Source: Candidatus Woesearchaeota archaeon (GTDB lineage: Archaea; Nanobdellota; Nanobdellia; SCGC-AAA011-G17; GW2011-AR20). From it: a stretch of DNA of 52,113 nt. The notes beneath the pieces are model-generated. The model searched no databases and was not told where the DNA came from. It saw only the letters and a program-made list of their open reading frames with translations. Location of the stretch: the NCBI GenBank assembly GCA_018303005.1, contig JAGVYY010000001.1, positions 1-52,113 of the forward strand, read 5' to 3'. The position numbers and the translations under genes were made by a program. Positions 46,049 through 52,113 of the stretch are shown one piece after another; the stretch's first letter is position 1; each line of letters begins with the position of its first letter.

Positions 46049-46854
46049 TAGCAGAAGTATTTTAATTTTTTGTCTATATCTTCTTGTGAAAGATTTATCA
46101 ATGGTCTTAGTGCCATCTTCCTGTAATTTCTTTCCTTGAAATTTTTCAACGTGCCTGCATCGACAACAGCATAAGAATAATCACTATAATGTTTTACTTC
46201 TTTTATTTTTGTCCCGGATGAAAAAATTTCTAGTTTCTTGTAACTTATCTTTTTATCCCTTATAATTTCTAATGAGCATCCTCTTTTTAGCATCATTATG
46301 CCGGCTAATATTGAATTCTTGTTATCGAGGATTAATGTACACAGACCTGAGACTCCCACGGGCAAGCCTCCGAAACATTCTATCGTGTCTTTTTTATCAT
46401 CAAACAAATATGCTTTCTTATTTAATATTTCAATAAAGATATCCTGTTCAGCATTCTTAAGATTGACCTTCAATTTCAGTTTTTTTACTACAAAATCACC
46501 GACGATTTCATTTATTTCTTGTGAACTTAAAGCGATATCCTTTGACAATCTCTTTGTTGTTATCCTGAATGTTTTTCCTTTCTTGCATAATTTTAGCACT
46601 TCTTTTTTTATCTTTTTCAGGTCCAGATCAATTTCTTTTGCATAACTATATGATGTTATCCCAAAAACACGTTTTAGATCCGGAACTTTTTTGTCTACCT
46701 TAAGAAGTATTCTTGCCCTTAAATTTTTTATGTCATATTCTATATTATTTTTTTTAAGAAGGAATTTTATGTTCTTGATAAATCTGTCTTCAAAAAAGCT
46801 TTTGTTCAGGCCTTTTAACCATATTTCCCCGTATCTTAAAACAATTGTAGGCAT
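46048..46854 (-). CDS. THUMP-domain ThiI-like protein with degenerate/truncated PP-loop domain
   Basis: 268-aa ORF. The N-terminus IVLRYGEIWLKGLNKSFFEDRF is like the ThiI NFLD/THUMP region. The position of the SGGxDS PP-loop reads ILDNKNSILAGIMMLKRG. Its stop overlaps the start of the methylthiotransferase gene by 1 nt. Confidence 0.6.
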   Translation of the reverse strand: MPTIVLRYGEIWLKGLNKSFFEDRFIKNIKFLLKKNNIEYDIKNLRARILLKVDKKVPDLKRVFGITSYSYAKEIDLDLKKIKKEVLKLCKKGKTFRITTKRLSKDIALSSQEINEIVGDFVVKKLKLKVNLKNAEQDIFIEILNKKAYLFDDKKDTIECFGGLPVGVSGLCTLILDNKNSILAGIMMLKRGCSLEIIRDKKISYKKLEIFSSGTKIKEVKHYSDYSYAVVDAGTLKNFKERNYRKMALRPLINLSQEDIDKKLKYFC

Positions 46855-47035
46855 ATTACTTGATTCTTGTCTGCTGTGTGAACATGTCTATAGGATTTAT
46901 AAATCTAAAACAGATAAATTTATAAATACTTTATCTTAATTATGATAAGAAAAAATGAATTATGATATTGGTGATAGTTTATGTATTCTTGTATTTTTTG
47001 ATAAAAGTCTAAATGAGGAAAAATAATAACAAAAA

Positions 47036-47671
47036 ATGATTGATTTCTATAACAGTTTAGAGGAACTAAGAGGGAAATCTCTAAAAGATAAACCCTTTTT
47101 GTTCAGCATTACAGTCGGCAACAGGATTCCAAAAAACTATTTCTGGACAAGCGGCACTGGAGAAAGTGACATCACAATCCATGCAGGTTCATATCATCTG
47201 GCATTAAAGGAGGCAGGGATTGAATGCTTTAATATAATGTCATACTCATCCATAATGCCCGGCATGGCCAAAGAGATTGAAAAGCCGGTAGTATATACCC
47301 ATGGAGCTGTTCTGGAAGCAATCACAGCTACGGCTGATGCAAAAAAAGGTGAAAGGGCAACTGCAGGGATTATAGTGGGGTGGCTGTATAATAAAAAGAC
47401 AGATATGCGCTATGGTGGATTAGTTTGCGAGTATCATGGACCTTTTTTAGAAGAGGAAGCTAAGTCATCATTAGGCATGAGCTTAGAAGAGCTTTATTCA
47501 AATGGATTTGAGGAAGATTATGAGCTCAGAGACATTAAAGTCTTTATCAGATCTATAATACCGAAAAAGAATTTTGGAACAGCCTTGGTTGCAATAGGAT
47601 TTACAGACTATGTTTTCCCAGTGAATGAAGTTTCAGAAAATGGATTCATCAAGAGAGAATCAGAAACATAA
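47036..47671 (+). CDS. pdaD: pyruvoyl-dependent arginine decarboxylase
   Basis: 211-aa ORF. TSGTGESD...SYHLALKEAGIECFNIMSYSSIMP matches the PdaD pattern, including the Ser-Ser self-cleavage region. It is longer than typical at both ends. Confidence 0.8.
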   Translation: MIDFYNSLEELRGKSLKDKPFLFSITVGNRIPKNYFWTSGTGESDITIHAGSYHLALKEAGIECFNIMSYSSIMPGMAKEIEKPVVYTHGAVLEAITATADAKKGERATAGIIVGWLYNKKTDMRYGGLVCEYHGPFLEEEAKSSLGMSLEELYSNGFEEDYELRDIKVFIRSIIPKKNFGTALVAIGFTDYVFPVNEVSENGFIKRESET

Positions 47672-47731
47672 ATCTTATAATCTTAATTCTATAATGATAT
47701 TTATAATAATATTAAGGCATAATAACAAAAT

Positions 47732-48658
47732 ATGACAATGAAAAAAGTAAACCAGATAAAGATTGGCCGGAATGTTACTGTAAATGATCTTGTCAAGAAA
47801 TTTTCTGAGATTGGTGTAATGGGTGCTGGAAATCTTGGAAAGAGCGCTGATATTCTGGAGATGATGATTAAGGATAAAGACTGCAAGGTATTTCTTGGAA
47901 TTGCCGGAGCAATGGTGCCTGGAGGAATGCAGAATGTCATCATTGATATCATCGATAACAAATATGCTGATGTTATCGTGACAACAGGGGCTATCCTGAC
48001 CCATGATTTAGTTGAAGGCCTTGGATTTGATCATCTGCAGGGGCATAGCTCTTTGAATGATGCTGAATTATACAAAAAAGGACTTGTGAGGATGTATGAT
48101 TCTTTAATGAAAAGCTCTGCTTATATTGTGCTGGAGAAATTTTTTGACAAGAATTTCAATAAACTAAAAGAAGCGAAGAACATAAGAGAATTCCTGAGTA
48201 TACTGGGAAAAAATGCACCGAAGAACACGATATTAAATGCATGTTACAGGAATAATATCCCATTGTTCTGCCCTGCAATTTCAGATTCTGGAATCGGTCT
48301 TATGATATGGGGCAAGATAGCTAGAGGCATGAAGATAAATATAGATACATTTGATGATATGAAAGAAATCCTTGATATTGCCTGGACATCAAAGAGCTCT
48401 GGAGTTTTCTATATAGGGGGTGGAGTTCCAAAAAATTACATACAACAGTCAATGCAGTTCTCAAAAAAGGCCAAGTATGGTGTTCAGATAACTGTAGATG
48501 TCCCTGAATATGGTGGTAGTTCAGGTGCTTCTTTGAGAGAAGGAGTTTCTTGGGGTAAATTAGAGGATAAAGCAAGATATGTTGACCTGAAATGCGATGC
48601 AACAATTGCCCTGCCAATCCTGATAAGTGCATTAAAAGACAGGTTGGGAAATATTTAA
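47732..48658 (+). CDS. dys: deoxyhypusine synthase
   Basis: 308-aa ORF with FLGIAGAMVPGGM, VTTGAILTHD, GGGVPKNY and WGK near the C-terminus. Confidence 0.9.
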   Translation: MTMKKVNQIKIGRNVTVNDLVKKFSEIGVMGAGNLGKSADILEMMIKDKDCKVFLGIAGAMVPGGMQNVIIDIIDNKYADVIVTTGAILTHDLVEGLGFDHLQGHSSLNDAELYKKGLVRMYDSLMKSSAYIVLEKFFDKNFNKLKEAKNIREFLSILGKNAPKNTILNACYRNNIPLFCPAISDSGIGLMIWGKIARGMKINIDTFDDMKEILDIAWTSKSSGVFYIGGGVPKNYIQQSMQFSKKAKYGVQITVDVPEYGGSSGASLREGVSWGKLEDKARYVDLKCDATIALPILISALKDRLGNI

Positions 48659-48693
48659 AAAAGAACCTTACTTATCTTTTTAGGGGGTGCTTT

Positions 48694-48795
48694 ATGAAAA
48701 AAAAGAACGATATAAAAAAAATGCCTGCGAGCAATGATTCAAAAACATGTGGTTGCGGCTCCAAGATGCGAAGTAATGATTGCTGTAATGGATAA
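48694..48795 (+). CDS. 33-aa SEC-C-motif-like Cys-rich peptide
   Basis: GGGGGTG lies 5 nt upstream of the ATG at 48694. The sequence is MKKKNDIKKMPASNDSKTCGCGSKMRSNDCCNG. The CxC...CC spacing resembles the SEC-C metal-binding motif. Confidence 0.4.
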   Translation: MKKKNDIKKMPASNDSKTCGCGSKMRSNDCCNG

Positions 48796-48886
48796 ACATC
48801 AAAAAAAATCTTATAGCAAATTCTTTATTTTTTTATATATTTTTAATTTCGTTAATTTTATAATATCTTTCTTTTAACATTATAGC

Positions 48887-49042
48887 ATGGCTAAATGTGA
48901 TTTATGCGGAAACAAATTGGATATGATATTTCTTAACAAGATTATGGGGACATATGTCAAGGTTAACAGAAAAACAAGAACAGTCTGCAGTAACTGTCAA
49001 AGCAAATTCTCTATTGACGAGCTAAAAGAGAAAATAAAATAA
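48887..49042 (+). CDS. 51-aa zinc-ribbon protein
   Basis: MAKCDLCGNKLDMIFLNKIMGTYVKVNRKTRTVCSNCQSKFSIDELKEKIK, with two CxxC pairs. It falls below the ORF-track size cutoff. Confidence 0.4.
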   Translation: MAKCDLCGNKLDMIFLNKIMGTYVKVNRKTRTVCSNCQSKFSIDELKEKIK

Positions 49043-49136
49043 AGATAAATTTCTTTCGATCATATTGTATGGCAGACATCATCATTCACCTTTATAGATG
49101 TAGAACCATTTTAATTTAAATTTCTTAAATCAACAG

Positions 49137-49394
49137 TTAGTGATTATACTGAAGTTTCTTTAGGATTTTTATAAAATCACTAGAATTCATTTCTATAAAT
49201 CCAGTTTTTGCATATCTTTTCCAAGCCTTTTCTGTCCTTTTAGCAAATATCAAATCTTCTTTTAAATTTTCATTAAAATCTTTGATGCTTTTTAGAATTA
49301 ATTGCTTCTCATTTTTAATAATTATGAACTTTTCATCTTCTTTAAATTCTTTTCTCATTTCGTTAGGCATCACAACTTGTCCTTTAGAACTCAT
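49137..49394 (-). CDS. AbrB/SpoVT-domain protein (orphan antitoxin-like)
   Basis: 85-aa ORF MSSKGQVVMPNEMRKEFKEDEKFII..., with no adjacent toxin ORF. Confidence 0.6.
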   Translation of the reverse strand: MSSKGQVVMPNEMRKEFKEDEKFIIIKNEKQLILKSIKDFNENLKEDLIFAKRTEKAWKRYAKTGFIEMNSSDFIKILKKLQYNH

Positions 49395-49401
49395 TTTAGT
49401 T

Positions 49402-50361
49402 TTATGGTATTGTTCTGTACTTTGTGTTTATCAAAGACCATTCTATCAATAACAATGTTATTGCGGTTATTAGGAAGGGCATTGTGAGATTCTTGCTTAT
49501 CCTTGTTACAGTCAGGTTAGCTATTTCCTTATAAGCCTGGTCCAATGTCTTCTGGTCTGTTGCCTTGTAATACTTTCCATCTGTGCTTGTTGCAATCTCT
49601 GTGAGGCCTTTTTCATCTAGTTTGAGGACTGCATTTGTTATGTTCTTGTTTGTTATGTTTATTTCGAATAACTGGCCGCCTTCTTCTGTGCCTATGCCTA
49701 TTGTGTCTATTATAACCCTATTTGTATTTGCGTAATCAATTGCGTTATTTGCCTCTGGCCCTATATTTCCCTGGCCATCTGTCAATATGATTATGACTCT
49801 CTGCTTCTCGGTCTTTAACAACAAATTTGTTGATGTTATTATTGCTCCTCCAAGATCTGTTCCTCCCAGAGGTCTTACAGAAATGTCTTTTATCTTTTCC
49901 CTCAGAACATCCATATCATTTGTCAATTCCTGCTCTACTGTTGATATTCCTGTAAAAGAGACTATGCCTACCTGGTTGTTTGATGAAACAAACTCGAGAA
50001 AATTTGTTGCTGCTGATTTCGCTGCCTCCAGCCTGTTGGGTTTCAAGTCCTGAACCAGCATACTATTACTGTTGTCTATGGCAATGACAAAATCAAAATC
50101 TGTTCCCTGACCCTGGTACCATAATGTTGTTCCAGCTACAGAGAGTATTATCAGGAAAAATATCAAGAGCCTTATGATAAGCAAAGAAAAATTCTTTGAC
50201 AGGACCTGATTTCCTGTTGCCTTTGAGATAGCTGCAAAGTTTGAGAATTTTACTGCTCTCCTGCTAACTGCCTTTAATGTCAGGAAATGTATAAAAACCA
50301 GAGCAGGTATTGCTATCAGGAACCATAAAAATACTGGACGAGCAAAGACAAGATTTGCCAT
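49402..50361 (-). CDS. von Willebrand factor A domain membrane protein (BatA-like)
   Basis: 319-aa ORF with two N-terminal TM helices, a MIDAS motif VIAIDNSNSM and a C-terminal TM helix. Confidence 0.8.
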   Translation of the reverse strand: MANLVFARPVFLWFLIAIPALVFIHFLTLKAVSRRAVKFSNFAAISKATGNQVLSKNFSLLIIRLLIFFLIILSVAGTTLWYQGQGTDFDFVIAIDNSNSMLVQDLKPNRLEAAKSAATNFLEFVSSNNQVGIVSFTGISTVEQELTNDMDVLREKIKDISVRPLGGTDLGGAIITSTNLLLKTEKQRVIIILTDGQGNIGPEANNAIDYANTNRVIIDTIGIGTEEGGQLFEINITNKNITNAVLKLDEKGLTEIATSTDGKYYKATDQKTLDQAYKEIANLTVTRISKNLTMPFLITAITLLLIEWSLINTKYRTIP

Positions 50362-50362
50362 T

Positions 50363-51253
50363 TTATTTCTTGTATGCCCTCTTTCTGAAAAATGTCATTA
50401 GCGGTTTTATAAATGACTCATTAGTTTCAATCATGAAAATATCTTCATTCAGAATCAGGAATTTTTCTTTTACCTCATCTATCTGCTTTTTTACCAAAGC
50501 TTCATATGTTTTCTTTATCAGTTCCGGTTCTATAAGCAACTGCTTGTCAGAATAAGGATCCTGGATTACTACCTGGCCGACATCTTTCGGCAATGTCAAA
50601 TCCCTCGGATCCTTGATCATTATTCCTATGATCTCGAATTTAGCTGACATGAACTTAAGATATTTCTCCCATGTGTCATTGAAGTTTATAAAATCCGAGA
50701 CCAGAATCACTACTGAGTTTTCCTTTAATGTTGTTAATACATATTTTGCTGCCTGTGTGATATCTAATCTCCCGCCGTAAAATCCAGGATTTGTTAGTAT
50801 CTTTGATATTGCATAATATTGCTGCCTTCCCCTGTTTGGATATAATTTTGCGGTTATTCTGTCTGTAAATAATACCATGCCTGTATTGTCTCCTGCTTCC
50901 AGCATTGTATAGGATAATGATGCAACTAGCTCAGCTGCATATTCTGCTTTCAATTTGTCTGTGGAGCCGAACAGCATACTATCGCTGACATCAAACAAAA
51001 ATATTATGTTCAGATTTCTTTCTTCTATGTATTCCCTTACAAGAACATCTCCAGTCCTTGCTGTAGCTTTCCAGTCAATCAGGGAAGCATCGTCTGTTGT
51101 TGAATAAGGCCTGTAACCTGCAAATTCCAAACCTCTTCCCTTGAATACGCTTTTATATGCTCCTACTGTCGTTGATGTCAACAGGCCTTTTTTCACGAAA
51201 GGTATTTTTCTAAGTACAGGCAATAGGTCTATGTTTAATGATTTTACTGGCAT
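50363..51253 (-). CDS. DUF58-family protein (vWA-like, MoxR-associated)
   Basis: 296-aa ORF with YRPYSTTDDASLIDWKATAR and IIFLFDVSDSM, typical of DUF58. Confidence 0.8.
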   Translation of the reverse strand: MPVKSLNIDLLPVLRKIPFVKKGLLTSTTVGAYKSVFKGRGLEFAGYRPYSTTDDASLIDWKATARTGDVLVREYIEERNLNIIFLFDVSDSMLFGSTDKLKAEYAAELVASLSYTMLEAGDNTGMVLFTDRITAKLYPNRGRQQYYAISKILTNPGFYGGRLDITQAAKYVLTTLKENSVVILVSDFINFNDTWEKYLKFMSAKFEIIGIMIKDPRDLTLPKDVGQVVIQDPYSDKQLLIEPELIKKTYEALVKKQIDEVKEKFLILNEDIFMIETNESFIKPLMTFFRKRAYKK

Positions 51254-51276
51254 TTTTTTATTGAAGATTTTTTTGT

Positions 51277-52113
51277 TTAAGGAACAGGAACTTTTGCAAG
51301 AACCTCATCCACTATTTTATCTGTATCAATGTTTTCTGCCTGCCCTTCATAATTTAGCAATATTCTATGTCTTAGTATATCGTGAGCTATTGTTTTTACA
51401 TGATGTGGTGTTACAAAAGAGCTTCCTTTCATCAATGCCTCTGCCTTGCTTGCTATGAATAATCCAATTGACCCTCTTGGAGATGCACCATAATCTATAT
51501 ATTTGCCCATTGGGATATTGTACTTTGAAGGTGTTCTTGTGGCATCAATAATTCTTACAATATATTTTTCCACTTCAGGGCTTAGATAAATATTCCTCAC
51601 TTTTGACTGTAATCCCAGGATCTCTTGAGGATTTGTAATCCCTCTTATGTTGAATGACTTAAAATCCTGCAGGGTCATATTCCTTCTTAAGATTTCATTC
51701 TCCTCTTCGACTTCCGGATAGCCTATTTTTAGCTTGAATAGAAACCTGTCAATCTGGGCTTCTGGCAATGAATAAACAGAGCTGACTGAACTTTAGGTGG
51801 GCTTCTGTTTATTTCATCTGCAAGAATAAAATTTGCAAATACAGGGCCTTTTATGACACTGAATTCCTCTTTTTCCTTGTTATATATTGTTAATCCTGTA
51901 ATATCTGTAGGCAGAAGGTCTGCTGTGAATTGTACTCTTGAAGAAGAGCATCCTGTTATATTGGCCAATGTTTTTACTATAAGTGTCTTTGCTATTCCTG
52001 GAACACCTTCTACCAAACAATGCCCATCTGCTAAAATTGCCCTTAATATTCCATTTATTACTGTGTCCTGACCAACTATTGATTTGTGGGCTTCTTTTCT
52101 TATGTTGGTGAAT
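51277..52113 (-). pseudogene. MoxR-like AAA+ ATPase, 5' end outside the window, with internal deletion plus frameshift
   Basis: The upstream frame reads ...GQDTVINGILRAILADGHCLVEGVPGIAKT...ILADEINRSPPKVQSAL, then runs into a stop. A different frame continues (V)YSLPEAQIDRFLFKLKIGYPE. About 35 aa normally lie between QSALLE and TYPLPEAQ (recalled consensus roughly ...AMQERQVTI...ATQNP..., sensor 1), and they are missing. Confidence 0.7.

Noticed and set aside
47675-48004. Minus-strand ORFs 47675..48004 and 47701..47961
   Set aside because: They overlap the deoxyhypusine synthase 5' region in antisense and have no motif support.
1-52113. CRISPR arrays, transposases, integrases, prophage or obvious defence islands (also checked next to the two tRNA genes)
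   Set aside because: No regularly spaced repeats and no ORF with recombinase, transposase or nuclease-helicase defence signatures that I could recognise. The ORFs flanking the tRNAs are small hypotheticals and a surface protein.

Overview
Low-GC (roughly 30%) archaeal chromosome segment, densely coded on both strands, with about 60 credible CDS and two tRNA genes. All calls rest on reading the sequence and on motif recall. No database search, RNA folding program or tRNA scanner was run.

Lineage: the marker genes are archaeal. They include ribosomal protein L10e, GatD/GatE, diphthine synthase, deoxyhypusine synthase, archaeal-type D-aminoacyl-tRNA deacylase, ATP-dependent DNA ligase, FtsZ, RtcB plus archease, and a TrmB-family regulator. 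The compact housekeeping content looks like a small-genome (DPANN-like) archaeon. Several bacterial-type genes are mixed in: a complete sigma-70 factor, class II LysRS and a short adenylate kinase. I found no CRISPR array, transposase, integrase or rRNA.

Main observations:
- The RNA-ligase gene rtcB is interrupted by a 33-nt insert carrying an in-frame TAG. The insert folds as a bulge-helix-bulge (BHB) splicing motif, and removing it exactly recreates the conserved H-W-G-Y-G-F-P-I-G-G motif. The ligase mRNA would therefore need endonuclease and ligase splicing itself.
- A 258-nt locus resolves into an 85-nt class II tRNA-Leu(CAG) only if five BHB-bounded introns are removed. Three of these are textbook quality and the two in the D-loop are relaxed.
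- tRNA-Thr(GGU) carries an intron at the canonical position.
- A full-length bacterial sigma-70 gene sits behind an archaeal-style TATA box.
- A MutT/MTH1-like NUDIX gene is frameshifted in an A7 run.
- A MoxR ATPase gene has an internal deletion plus a frameshift.

Expression signals: first genes of transcription units show a TATA box ending 21-24 nt before the ATG, which implies leaderless mRNAs. Internal genes use GGAGGT/GGGGGTG Shine-Dalgarno-like motifs.
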